Positions 38,601 through 47,861 of a stretch of DNA of 64,000 nt are shown here, in pieces. The notes beneath the pieces are model-generated. The model made no database searches, was not told the DNA's origin, and saw only the letters and a program-made list of their open reading frames with translations. Position 1 is the first letter of the stretch; each line of letters starts with the position of its first letter. Source of the stretch: an uncultured delta proteobacterium (lineage in GTDB: Bacteria > Desulfobacterota > Binatia > UBA9968); contig CAVTUQ010000026.1 in NCBI GenBank assembly GCA_963737905.1, positions 160,001 through 224,000 of the forward strand, read 5' to 3'. A program made the translations under genes and the position numbers.

Positions 38601-40454
38601 GAAAAATTCTTGGCGGCGTATGTGGTGCCAAACAAAGGCTCGGTTCCATCAATGAGCGATCTGCGCGATTTTTTGAAATCCAGCCTTCCTAACTATATGA
38701 TTCCCGCGGTATTTGTAACATTGGATGCTTTGCCGCTAACGTCCACCGGAAAGATTGATAGAGTGAGGCTGCCGCCATTAGGTGAGGCTATGTCACAACT
38801 GCCCCAAGGATTTGCAGAGCCCCATAACGAAGTTGAAGAATTAATCGCGCAGATATGGCGAGAAGTATTAAAGCGAGAAAAGGTTGGGGTACACGAAAAC
38901 TTTTTTGACCTCGGTGGGCACTCTCTTTTGGCGGCACAAGTTGCTTCTCGGTTGCGTACTGCTTTTCGGAAGCATCTGCCGCTGCGCATTATCTTCGAAG
39001 AACCGACTATTGCGGGACTCGGAAAAGCCGTCAAGAAAGCAATCCATAGCCGCGAAGAGTCCGATTTCGCTCCTATCGTCCCTGTCTCTCGCAAGAGAGG
39101 CCTGCCAATCTTAGTTTCGCAGGAGCCTTATTTTGAGGTCGATCAGTTAATTGGCGGAGCGTCATTTTTCAACATGCCCTATGCGTACACGCTCTCCGGA
39201 CCCCTCGATGTAGCAGTTTTAAAACAAGCGATTCAAGAGATTATGAGACGCCATGATAGTTTACGAACCGTCTTTGCAGAGGTCGAGGATCGACCCACTC
39301 AAACTGTCCGTCGCACAAGTACGATAACTCTACGTGTGAAAAATTTGTCGCGCTTGTCTTCCGAGAGGAGGAACGAGAAGCTAAAGAGATTGTCAGAAGA
39401 AGATGCTGGACAACGGTTTAACTTGCGTACGGGCCCCCTGCTTAGAACGAAACTGCTTCGTCTCGAGGAGAATGAGCATATCCTCCTTGTAACAATGCAT
39501 CACATCGTGACCGATCAATGGTCTATGGGTGTTTTTCGTAGCGAGTTAGAAGCCCTTTATGGAGCTTATTCTCAAGGCCAATCATCTCCGCTCCCTGAAC
39601 TTTCGTTACAATTTGGTGACTTCGTTGTTTGGCAAAAGCGCTTACTGGAACTGGGTCTTTTGCGGCGACAGATTTCTTATTGGAAAAAACAACTTGCGGA
39701 ACCCTTATCGACGCTGGACTTTCAAAAAGGCCACAGGCGACGACGAAAAAGAATACGCTTTCGTTCCGCGCGTCAACCCATTGAAATTGATGTGGCTCTG
39801 TTTGAGGCGGTCAAAAGGTTTGCCCGTAGGGAAAATTCTACGACATTCATGGTCTTTGCAACAGCATTGATGATATTGCTTCATTTACTTACGGGTGAGC
39901 GCGATATTCGTATTTCCACCTTGGTCGCGAATCGCAACCAAAGAAATACGGAAGGAATCATTGGTTACTTTGTCAACATGCTGATCCTTCGTAATTACGT
40001 TTCTCCCGAGGTTACAGTCCGTCAACTTTTGAAGGAGGTGCGTAATGTTTGCCTTTCGGCTTATACGCGGCAGGATCTTCCTTTCGATTATCTAGAATCT
40101 CTACTAGAAAACGAAGGTAATAAGACTCCCTTATGTCAGGTGATGCTGAACTATCGTAATTTTCCAACTCCACCTCGCGAAATTTGTGGTCTTACAATTG
40201 CTTCCTGGAGTGCCCAGAGTCGTATGGGTGATCCAGGTCTTATGATTTCACGATTAGATATGATGATCCATTTACGAGATGCGTCTACGAAGTTGACAGG
40301 AGCTGTAAACTATAAGACCGATATTTTTGCTGCCGACCAAGTAGCAAGAATGATGAGTAGCTTTAGCAGAATTCTAAATCATCTTAGCGTTCAACCAGAA
40401 AGTCGAGTGGTTGATTGTTCGGTCTTTGTTGAAGAGGGGGGACGTATAATCTAG
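35685..40454 (+). CDS. NRPS, TubC_N docking-C-A-T-C, no thioesterase (start ATA 35685 or TTG 35700)
   Basis: EGDRLRVNAPKG docking motif; HHIISDA; YTSGSTGTPKG; GGHSL; terminal C domain HHIVTDQ. Confidence 0.93.
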   Translation: MNIADLFSYLKSLDVRLNAEGDRLRVNAPKGSITDDLRAEIAERKPEILAFLRLQAPSKLLILSPIPRRSTNEPTPLSFAQERLWFLEQLEPGNSSYNICRASRLTGRLNIAALEASLTEIVRRHEVLRTAFQVFDGRPVQVTVPTAQIELPLTGLGPLTETRQEEEVQRRIKQEAERLFDFSAGLCLRGKLLRLGDEDHILILTTHHIISDAWSMGILTRELWTLYKAYALGEPSPLEENPIQYADYAIWQREWLQGDVLESQLSYWKKQLDGIPILNLPTDRSRPIRQSFLGARVQITLPQSLTARINELSNQCGVTPFMTLLAAFQLLLYRYCGQEDVVVGSPIANRSRAEIESLIGFFVNTLVLRTDLSGNLTFKELLLRVRDVCLDAYAHQDLPFEKLVEELKPERDMSRNPLFQVMFVLQNTPRLLPQSSGLSIERIDIETETSAFDLSLYLRERDGRLIGFFEFNTDLVDRSTVERMIGHFQTLLEAIVANPGDLISTLPLLTEGERHQLLVEWNDTHAEYPKDKCIHELFEAQVERTPESIALEFEGKQLTYRELNIRANQLAHYLHGLGVGPEKLVGICVERSLEMVIGLLGILKAGGAYVPLDPTYPKDRLAFMLEDARVSVLLTQKPLVPYLPRNRASLIYLEDLKPANHQNKENIESGAKPDSAAYVIYTSGSTGTPKGVIGLHQGATNRFAWMWRTFPFESDETGCIKTSLSFVDSVWEVFGTLLRGIPTTIIPGDVVRDPERLIRMLGEKHVTRIVLVPSLLRAMLDENSDLDRRLPNLRIWTCSGESLPIETAECFRACLPNRTLLNLYGPSEVSADVTCHSVQGLALRTVNHVGRPISNTQVYILDSNLQLVPIGVHGELCISGAGLARGYLNRAELTAERFVANPFAVEPGVRLFQTGDIARYASDGEIEFLGRSDRQIKIRGYRVELGEIEVTLKQHPLLKDCVIEVPQCGPSDEKFLAAYVVPNKGSVPSMSDLRDFLKSSLPNYMIPAVFVTLDALPLTSTGKIDRVRLPPLGEAMSQLPQGFAEPHNEVEELIAQIWREVLKREKVGVHENFFDLGGHSLLAAQVASRLRTAFRKHLPLRIIFEEPTIAGLGKAVKKAIHSREESDFAPIVPVSRKRGLPILVSQEPYFEVDQLIGGASFFNMPYAYTLSGPLDVAVLKQAIQEIMRRHDSLRTVFAEVEDRPTQTVRRTSTITLRVKNLSRLSSERRNEKLKRLSEEDAGQRFNLRTGPLLRTKLLRLEENEHILLVTMHHIVTDQWSMGVFRSELEALYGAYSQGQSSPLPELSLQFGDFVVWQKRLLELGLLRRQISYWKKQLAEPLSTLDFQKGHRRRRKRIRFRSARQPIEIDVALFEAVKRFARRENSTTFMVFATALMILLHLLTGERDIRISTLVANRNQRNTEGIIGYFVNMLILRNYVSPEVTVRQLLKEVRNVCLSAYTRQDLPFDYLESLLENEGNKTPLCQVMLNYRNFPTPPREICGLTIASWSAQSRMGDPGLMISRLDMMIHLRDASTKLTGAVNYKTDIFAADQVARMMSSFSRILNHLSVQPESRVVDCSVFVEEGGRII

Positions 40455-40492
40455 TTGTAGAATTCTGTGGAACAACTTTTGTGGAGGTTACA

Positions 40493-42376
40493 ATGGGGAA
40501 GAGCCGGTTAGTGATACTTTTTGCTCTGGGTTTAGTTTTGACTACGACCGCGACCGCTCATAGCGGAGAGGTGACTGGCGTCTGGGAGAAGAAGCAGATG
40601 GACCCAAGAGTCGGATCCCAAGGGGCTGAGATAGACCGTATCCCCGAGATTAGTAACGTTAATCTTTTACCGTCAGATGCCCCGCCTCCCAAAGACCTGC
40701 GCTGCGATACGACTTCAAAGTGTACGTTTGATCTTCATTACTTTAAAGGCGAGACGTTTGATCTGAAAGACCCTACGAGAAAGAACATCCTCTTCATTGC
40801 CGGCGGGCCTGGGCAGTTCGTTCCGGAAAACGGTCATGGTAATCGAGCGTTGGCTGCCCTAGACGGTAACAGAACCCTGACCGTTGGCGGAAAACGTATT
40901 CCCGACGTAAATGAAGGGCAACACAATATCGTCTATTTTCACGTTCGAGGGGCTGGCCAAAGCGTAATAAATAGAAACAACAAATACGATCAGTTCTTAC
41001 GTGCGAAATATGTTGTTGAAGATATAGAAAAACTGAGACAAGAACTTCTCGGCGAAAAGCCCTGGGACGCCATCTATGCGCATAGTTGGGGAACAGTCGT
41101 TGCCCAACTGTATGCAAGGAAATATGGGAAGCCCGACATTGCTTCTGGTCGCCCGGAATCTCGGGTCAAAAGCTTGATACTTTCAGCACCGATAATGAGG
41201 AAAGATTCTGAAACCCCCAAAGCGCGTATCAAACAGACTGTTTCCAACCTGAGGAAAATATATGAGTTCTATAGGCCTGTAGGGAATTGCACTATTTCGG
41301 ATGCGTCCTATCTCAAAAACCGCGTAGACGACTTCGATGAGAATTTCTCGCTGGGACTGAGCGGGGAAGATCTCGACGGAACAGATAATCTCTGTTTTGT
41401 AGATGATGCACGAATATTGGGCATAGCCCGTGACGTCGAAAGAATATTGACTGATTTGGAGCCCGACTATGGATCAGTGGATTTTGTTAAGGATCACTTT
41501 GATAGCTTGCAGCGTGATCCGAACTTTCCGGCGAGTCTAAAAAAGTATCCGCTGGAGTTCTTCGCAGCTCTCCGGACGGTTCAGATGCTCGGCGCACCAG
41601 ATGATAACGCGCTAGTATTCACACAAGATACTAAAAGCATGGTTGATATGGCTTTGATCATAGGTTACCACCTGGCACCGCAAATATCGCCGACCCTACA
41701 ACTCCCGTGTGACCCCAATGGCAGATTTCTCACGGGTGCAGCAGCTCCTCGCGCGATTAAGGAAAAATATTGCAAGAGGTTAATAGCAGCGAAAAAAAAC
41801 CTAGTCGAACTTGGCAACGGCTTAGAATCGGAGCGGGCCAAGTATGTCTTTGGCGCATACGACGGTGTGACTCGATGGGTTTTTAAAGCGCTGAATAAAG
41901 ATTGTTTCACTGGGCAAGATCTAATGAATTTTGCTACCGCAGCCATGGGACCTAATGACAGGAAGAAGCCTTTACGGGAAACCGCAAAGAAAATAGGAAT
42001 TGATTTATCTGGAGCTACGGTCTGCGGATGGGACCCCGGTGGGGGCAATGCCCATAGCGTGCCGACTCTTATCCTAGCTGGGAGCGCCGACGCCATCATC
42101 GCGGGTTGTCAAGCCGAGGATTTTTACAACGATGGACTGGCTGGTCAAAAAGTGTTTTTGGAGTTTCTCGGGATGGGTCACACAATGACCGTAGCTGATG
42201 CGAGACTCGGGGCACTGGCTTTAGATCAGACTCAGAAATTCTCCGATATCATCTCAAAATTCGTAATTATGGCACCTTCCCAACTGGCACAATTTGTCAG
42301 CAGTGTGCAAGGGGAACTGGGTGCGCTTAAAGCGCGGGTCCGTCGAACGAAAAATGGGCGCATAAAGTGTCCGTAA
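40493..42376 (+). CDS. Secreted alpha/beta hydrolase, S33 prolyl aminopeptidase/TAP-like
   Basis: Signal peptide; GGPG; AHSWG nucleophile; GSADA acid; GMGH histidine; several Cys. Confidence 0.8.
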   Translation: MGKSRLVILFALGLVLTTTATAHSGEVTGVWEKKQMDPRVGSQGAEIDRIPEISNVNLLPSDAPPPKDLRCDTTSKCTFDLHYFKGETFDLKDPTRKNILFIAGGPGQFVPENGHGNRALAALDGNRTLTVGGKRIPDVNEGQHNIVYFHVRGAGQSVINRNNKYDQFLRAKYVVEDIEKLRQELLGEKPWDAIYAHSWGTVVAQLYARKYGKPDIASGRPESRVKSLILSAPIMRKDSETPKARIKQTVSNLRKIYEFYRPVGNCTISDASYLKNRVDDFDENFSLGLSGEDLDGTDNLCFVDDARILGIARDVERILTDLEPDYGSVDFVKDHFDSLQRDPNFPASLKKYPLEFFAALRTVQMLGAPDDNALVFTQDTKSMVDMALIIGYHLAPQISPTLQLPCDPNGRFLTGAAAPRAIKEKYCKRLIAAKKNLVELGNGLESERAKYVFGAYDGVTRWVFKALNKDCFTGQDLMNFATAAMGPNDRKKPLRETAKKIGIDLSGATVCGWDPGGGNAHSVPTLILAGSADAIIAGCQAEDFYNDGLAGQKVFLEFLGMGHTMTVADARLGALALDQTQKFSDIISKFVIMAPSQLAQFVSSVQGELGALKARVRRTKNGRIKCP

Positions 42377-42389
42377 CGGCAAGAGTCAC

Positions 42390-42418
42390 TTGACAGGAAA
42401 ACAGCCACCAACTAACTT
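42390..42418 (+). promoter_or_regulatory. Candidate sigma-70 promoter
   Basis: TTGACA-N17-TAACTT ahead of the 80-aa ORF. Confidence 0.55.
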
Positions 42419-42451
42419 AGGCTAACTGAATTACCATAGGGAGGTGCGATT

Positions 42452-42694
42452 ATGGCCAAAACGAGTAATGTAGGTAGCAAGCTGATAAGAAAGGTCCGTC
42501 TCGAGATTCGCAAAGTGATTGCAGCAAATCAACATTGGCAACTCGCGGTTGACGACATAATAAAAGCAGCAAGACCCAAAGACAAAAAAGCTGAGAAGCG
42601 AGCAAGAAAAGCCGCTGTCTCCTTGGTGGTTGCCGGAAATCAGGCACTAGCGGATGCAGCTGCGAAAATTTTCCACAACATTGCGGGAAAGTGA
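42452..42694 (+). CDS. Small basic Ala/Lys-rich helical hypothetical protein
   Basis: RBS GGGAGGT, upstream promoter, 80-aa ORF. Confidence 0.7.
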   Translation: MAKTSNVGSKLIRKVRLEIRKVIAANQHWQLAVDDIIKAARPKDKKAEKRARKAAVSLVVAGNQALADAAAKIFHNIAGK

Positions 42695-42767
42695 ATTCGT
42701 TGCTGGCAAATAAGTTGAATTGTGGTGGGTGATAAATAGACGGCGGCCCCGACCAAACTTAAAAAAT

Positions 42768-42940
42768 AGTTATCCCCAACCTCTTCAACTTCTTGATCAA
42801 TCCTTGGCGGCTTAGCCTAGCACCCGAGCCGCTTTTTGTTTGTTTTCACCAGAATTTCGCACTGCCTCTTCGATCAGCCGGCGTTCTGAGTGGAAGCGCT
42901 CAAATTTCGGATGGAACCGTCCAAATAATTTTCGGTTATT
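42768..42940 (-). pseudogene. Second remnant of the GAF sigma-54 activator 3' end
   Basis: Nucleotide match to 48843-49090 (TTCAACTTCTTGATCAA, GAGCCGCTTTTTGTTTGTTT, GAACCGTCCAAATAA) with internal deletion and indels. Confidence 0.8.
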
Positions 42941-43044
42941 GGTTTCCCCGCACCGACGCTACGAAGCCTTGATCTCGTTCTCCGGCTGCCGCGTTGCCTG
43001 GCCAGTTTGTAACTGAGCGTATCCATGCTTTGCCAGCGGCACTA

Positions 43045-44206
43045 CTAGTGTAATGTCTCTAAATTAATAGTAGTTAATCTTCGTCTAAGGGGCAGGAGGG
43101 ATTTTTCATGCGAGTCGCCCCAGCTATTGTGTTGACGGAGAGTGAGACCAATATTCTGAAAACGTGGTCGCGAGCAGGAAAAACTCCGGCACGGTTGATG
43201 CAGCGGGCCAAGATTATTCTGTTGGTGGCCCAAGGAGAGCGTAACGAAATCATTGCCGAGAAGTTGGGAATCGATCCCAGACAAGTATCTCGCTGGCGCC
43301 GACGGTTTGTGGAAAAACGCTTGGCCGGGATCGAAAAGGATCTTCCTCGCGGCGGACGGAAGCCGAGCAAGCGGGAAAAGGTGACCCCTTTGATTATCGA
43401 GACCACCACTCAAACCAAACCGGCAAACGCTACCCACTGGAGCGTTCGAACGTTGGGAGAGAAACTGGGGATCGACAAATCGATGGTGTATCGGGTGTGG
43501 CAAGCCAGTGGTCTGAAGCCCCATCTGTCGAAGACCTTCAAAGTCAGCAACGACAAGAAGTTCATCGAAAAAGTCATCGACGTGGTGGGCCTGTATCTCA
43601 ACCCTCCCGAGCATGCGCTGGTGCTGTGTGCGGATGAGAAAACCTCGGTCCAAGCCTTGGACCGCACCCAACCGGGGCTGCCGATCAAGAAAGGGCGATT
43701 GGGAACGATGACCCACGATTACAAACGCAACGGCACCACCACGCTATTTGCCGCCCTGGAGATGGCCGAGGGAAGCGTCATCGCCACTTGCATGAACCGT
43801 CACCGGCATCAGGAGTGGATTAAGTTTCTCCATCTGATCGATCGACAGACCCCGGCCGAGTTGGATCTGCATCTGATCGTGGACAATTATTCGACGCACA
43901 AGCATCCTAAGGTCAAAACGTGGCTCAAAGGCCATCCCCGATTCCATATGCACTTTGTACCAACGTCGAGCTCCTGGCTGAACATGGTCGAGCGTTGGTT
44001 TCGTGATCTGACTGACAAGCGAATTCGACGCGGTGTTTTTAAGTCGGTCGCTGATCTGATTGCGGCGATCCAAGCCTATATTGAGCATCACAACCAAAAT
44101 CCTAAAACCTTTGTCTGGACCGCCAAAGCCGAAGACATTATCGCTAAGTATCGACGTGCTAAAGCCGTCTTGGATAAAGTACAAACAGCGTGAGACACTA
44201 CACTAG
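43045..44206 (+). mobile_element. IS630-family insertion sequence, apparently intact
   Basis: Ends CTAGTGTAATGTCTC / GAGACACTACACTAG (14/15 inverted match) including the duplicated TA of a CTAG target. Confidence 0.93.
43108..44193 (+). CDS. IS630 transposase
   Basis: HTH; [20 protein letters not shown] and [13 protein letters not shown] motifs. Confidence 0.96.
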   Translation: MRVAPAIVLTESETNILKTWSRAGKTPARLMQRAKIILLVAQGERNEIIAEKLGIDPRQVSRWRRRFVEKRLAGIEKDLPRGGRKPSKREKVTPLIIETTTQTKPANATHWSVRTLGEKLGIDKSMVYRVWQASGLKPHLSKTFKVSNDKKFIEKVIDVVGLYLNPPEHALVLCADEKTSVQALDRTQPGLPIKKGRLGTMTHDYKRNGTTTLFAALEMAEGSVIATCMNRHRHQEWIKFLHLIDRQTPAELDLHLIVDNYSTHKHPKVKTWLKGHPRFHMHFVPTSSSWLNMVERWFRDLTDKRIRRGVFKSVADLIAAIQAYIEHHNQNPKTFVWTAKAEDIIAKYRRAKAVLDKVQTA

Positions 44207-44408
44207 TTTATCTATAAAGGCGATTAGCGTTTTAAAGGCGATTAGCGTTCATAGTGAGACAAGCATCAATATTTGTTGTGGCAATCCTATAACTTGCTTT
44301 TGGCACAGCCTGGTACTATACCCTTCTCTTGCTCCCTTCGATATGCATCCCTAACTCCGGCTTCATGGAATGGGATACGATGCAACCTAACTGGGATTGA
44401 TTCCCGTT

Positions 44409-47400
44409 ATGATTTGCCCGCAATGTCAGTGCGAGAATTTGCCTGCTTCAATCTTTTGCGAGCACTGCGGGGTGCGGCTCGAAGCGGTCTGTGCTCACTG
44501 TGGTGAGCCGAGCCGTCGTGGAGCCAAGTTTTGCCGAAACTGCGGGCAACTGATTAATCACACAGCAGCGGCCGCACCGGCCGTGGTCGCCGGAGTACCG
44601 TCACCGGAGACATATGTTCCCAAGCACCTCGCTGAAAAGATATTAGCCTCGCGGCAGGCGCTTGAAGGCGAACGGAAGCAGGTCACCGTTCTCTTTGCCG
44701 ACATCCGGGACTCTATGAAGCTGATCGAAAACCGCGATCCCGAAGAGGCGCAGAAGATCATCGACCCGGTGCTGCATCTCATGATGGACGCGGTTCATCG
44801 CTATGAAGGAACCGTGAATCAGGTGTTAGGAGATGGCATCATGGCGCTTTTTGGTGCGCCGTTGGCCCACGAGGACCACGCCTTGCGCGCCTGTTATGCC
44901 GCCCTGGCGATGCAGGAGGAAATGCGGCGGTATCGCAGGAAACTCGGCCAGTCCGAGGACGTTGGCTTGCAAATCGGGATCGGCTTGAATTCGGGTGAAG
45001 TTGTGGTGCGTTCGATTAGTAACGATCTCAATGTGGACTATTCCGCTTTGGGCCATACAACCCACCTGGCGGCTAGGATGCAGGAGCTCGCAGCCGGTGG
45101 AACTACTTTGATGACTTCCTCAACTTTGCGGGAGGTGGAGGGATTCGTTCAAGTAAGATCGGTTGGGGCGGTACAAGTCAAAGGTGTTTCTCGACCCGTT
45201 GATGCCTTCGAAGTCGTCGCTGCCACGACGGCGCGGACACGTGTACAGGCGGCGGCCGTACGCGGGCTGACGCCATTGGTCGGGCGCCAGAATGAAGTCG
45301 AAGTTTTCAATAAACTTGCCGAACAAACCGTCGCCCGTCACGGCCAGATTTTGGCGATGGTTGGCGAGCCAGGCATGGGTAAATCGCGTTTGGTGCACGA
45401 ATTTACCCGGCATCAGTTACGGCCGGGTTGGCTAGTGTTGGAGGGCGCATCGGTTTCTTACGGTAAGGCAACTCCCTATTTCCCGCTCATTGCAATGTTA
45501 CACCGATACTTTCGAATCGCCGACGGCGAAGGGAGCGCGAACATCCGAGACCGAGTAGGGATGCATATTTTGGAATTGGACGGCATACTTAAGGATGCGA
45601 TCCCACCGATTCTTTCACTACTGGGGGTGTTGCCCGACGACGTTCATCCGTCGGCAGCATGGGGGCAATTCAAAGATGTCGTCGAAGCGACGGAACGATA
45701 CCTTGCGATGGACCCACAACAGCGGCGTCGTTGTACCTTCGACGCGGTGAAGCGGCTACTGATTCGCGAGAGTCAACGGCAGCCGTTGTTAATCGTTTTT
45801 GAGGATCTCCATTGGATCGACGGCGAAACGCAGGCATTTCTCGATGGCTTCATGGAAAGTCTCCCGCTGACGCGTATTCTTCTACTCGTCGATTACCGGC
45901 CCGAGTACAATCATGGCTGGGGCGATAAAACCTATTACACGCAACTTCGTGTGGATCCGCTGCATCCGGTCAGTGCGGAGGAACTATTGCAGCACCTATT
46001 AGGACTCAACGCGGATCTCGCTGCGCTCAAGGATCTATTGACCCGGCGCACAGATGGAAACCCGTTCTTCGCGGAGGAAAGTGTGCGCTCTCTTGCGGAA
46101 ACTGGAGTGCTGGTTGGTGAGAAGGGGGCGTACCGGCCGGGGGTGAAGATCGATGAGATCCGTATTCCGAGCACGGTGCAAAACGTCGTCGCAGATCGTA
46201 TTGACAGATTACCGACAGAGGAGAAACATTTACTTCAGACTGCCGCCGTTATTGGAGTGATTGTTCCCGTACGGCTTTTGCGCGCCGTGACAGAACTGCC
46301 GGAAGGCGATCTTCAGTTCTACCTCACGCATCTACAAGCTGCCGAGTTTCTCTACGAGAGCAATCTTTTTCCAGAGCTAGAGTATACGTTCAAACACGCG
46401 CTAACCAACGAGGTCGCCTATGGCGCGCTCATTCAGGATCGCAAGCTTTCTCTTCACGCGAAAGTCATAAGCGCACTCGAAAGCATTTTCGGTGACAATT
46501 TACAGGATCACATCGAGAGTCTCGCGCACCATGCCTATCGCGGCGAAGTTTGGGAGAAGGCGGTGGGTTATTCGTGGCAATCCGGAAAGAAGGCGTCGCA
46601 ACGTTCAGCGAATCAAGAAGCACGAGAATTCTTTCGAACCGGGTTGAGAGCATTGGAGCATCTTCCGCAGAGTCGTGCGAATCTGCAACAGGCGGTTGAT
46701 CTCCGGTTAGAGCTTCGCAACTCGCTTTATTTTCTTAGCGAGTTCGATGAACTGCAAACTTGCCTGCGCGAAGCCGAATCCATCGCGCAGCGGATTTCAG
46801 ACGAACGCAGGTTGGGACGAGTGATTAATTTTCTGAATTCCTACTACGGCCTCATGGGCGAGCACCGCCAGTCCATCGAGTTGGGTACGCGCGGCCTGCG
46901 AATCAACCGAGACGATGTGGAGCTGAATACAGTGACCCATTACTATATGGGGTTAGCCTATCATCACGTCGGGCAATATGACCAATCGATCGCCTTCCTC
47001 AGGCGAGCTCTCTCGGTCACACAGGAGGAACGCTTCAAGCATGATCGATTTGGCACAGCCAATATCTTGTCGGTAATCTGTCGAATTTGGTTAACTCAAT
47101 GTTGCGCCCAAATCGGGCACTTCAAAGACGGGAAGACCCTGGCTGAGGAAGCGATAACGATCGCTAAGGAAGCGGATCATGCCTCCAGTCTTGCCTGGGC
47201 TTATCTGGGCTTAGGGTTTATTCATCTGGTTCAAGGGAATGTCAATCCCGCGATTAGAACGTTAGAAACGTGCCAGAAGATTTGTGGCGCCAGTAATATT
47301 CAGGTGTTGATGCCTCACATGGGCTCAAATTTGGGCTACGCATACGCTCTTGCAGGACGTGTTGACGACGCTATTCCACTCCTCGAGAAAGCCGATCAGC

Positions 47401-47843
47401 AATCGAAACTGAGTGGCCGTAAAGCGGCATGGGCTTTAAGGCTCACCTGGCTGGGCTATGCTAGTCTGCTCGGGCGTCAAATCGGTAAGGCACGAGAGCA
47501 GGCTCAACGCGCGGTGGCTCTGGCGAGCGATGCCGGCGAGCGCGGATACGAAGCGTGGGCTCACAAACTCTTGGGGGACGTTATTCAAGAAGAGTCATCA
47601 AATCTCAGCGAAGCCCTTAATCATTACGGTGCGAGTATGGCGTTAGCAACGGAATTCGGCATGCTCCCGCTCCAGGCTCACATTCACTTGACTCGAGGAC
47701 GCTTGCACCACCGTGAGAATCAGATCGAGCAAGCCAGAACCGAACTATCGCTGGCCCTCACATCGTTCCGTGGTCTGGAGATGCTCCTCTGGACAGACGA
47801 AGCCGAGCAAGCACTAAGCGCATTGGTGCATAAGGCGAGCTAA
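44409..47843 (+). CDS. Double zinc ribbon + class III cyclase + STAND/AAA_16 ATPase + TPR protein, copy 2
   Basis: Same motifs as copy 1; near-identical cyclase domain, diverged TPR region. Confidence 0.92.
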   Translation: MICPQCQCENLPASIFCEHCGVRLEAVCAHCGEPSRRGAKFCRNCGQLINHTAAAAPAVVAGVPSPETYVPKHLAEKILASRQALEGERKQVTVLFADIRDSMKLIENRDPEEAQKIIDPVLHLMMDAVHRYEGTVNQVLGDGIMALFGAPLAHEDHALRACYAALAMQEEMRRYRRKLGQSEDVGLQIGIGLNSGEVVVRSISNDLNVDYSALGHTTHLAARMQELAAGGTTLMTSSTLREVEGFVQVRSVGAVQVKGVSRPVDAFEVVAATTARTRVQAAAVRGLTPLVGRQNEVEVFNKLAEQTVARHGQILAMVGEPGMGKSRLVHEFTRHQLRPGWLVLEGASVSYGKATPYFPLIAMLHRYFRIADGEGSANIRDRVGMHILELDGILKDAIPPILSLLGVLPDDVHPSAAWGQFKDVVEATERYLAMDPQQRRRCTFDAVKRLLIRESQRQPLLIVFEDLHWIDGETQAFLDGFMESLPLTRILLLVDYRPEYNHGWGDKTYYTQLRVDPLHPVSAEELLQHLLGLNADLAALKDLLTRRTDGNPFFAEESVRSLAETGVLVGEKGAYRPGVKIDEIRIPSTVQNVVADRIDRLPTEEKHLLQTAAVIGVIVPVRLLRAVTELPEGDLQFYLTHLQAAEFLYESNLFPELEYTFKHALTNEVAYGALIQDRKLSLHAKVISALESIFGDNLQDHIESLAHHAYRGEVWEKAVGYSWQSGKKASQRSANQEAREFFRTGLRALEHLPQSRANLQQAVDLRLELRNSLYFLSEFDELQTCLREAESIAQRISDERRLGRVINFLNSYYGLMGEHRQSIELGTRGLRINRDDVELNTVTHYYMGLAYHHVGQYDQSIAFLRRALSVTQEERFKHDRFGTANILSVICRIWLTQCCAQIGHFKDGKTLAEEAITIAKEADHASSLAWAYLGLGFIHLVQGNVNPAIRTLETCQKICGASNIQVLMPHMGSNLGYAYALAGRVDDAIPLLEKADQQSKLSGRKAAWALRLTWLGYASLLGRQIGKAREQAQRAVALASDAGERGYEAWAHKLLGDVIQEESSNLSEALNHYGASMALATEFGMLPLQAHIHLTRGRLHHRENQIEQARTELSLALTSFRGLEMLLWTDEAEQALSALVHKAS

Positions 47844-47861
47844 CTGGTATTGATTCCCGTC

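Noticed and set aside
39000-40454. Thioesterase or epimerase at the NRPS end
   Set aside because: No GxSxG motif; the sequence aligns with the other C domains (HHIVTDQWS, IGYFVN, QDLPF)
44225-44250. Tandem repeat TAAAGGCGATTAGCGTT x2 (about 44214-44249)
   Set aside because: Short local duplication next to the IS630 end; no evidence of function
44300-44318. TGGCAC as a sigma-54 promoter for STAND cyclase copy 2
   Set aside because: No GC at -12 (GGTA), and not conserved upstream of copy 1
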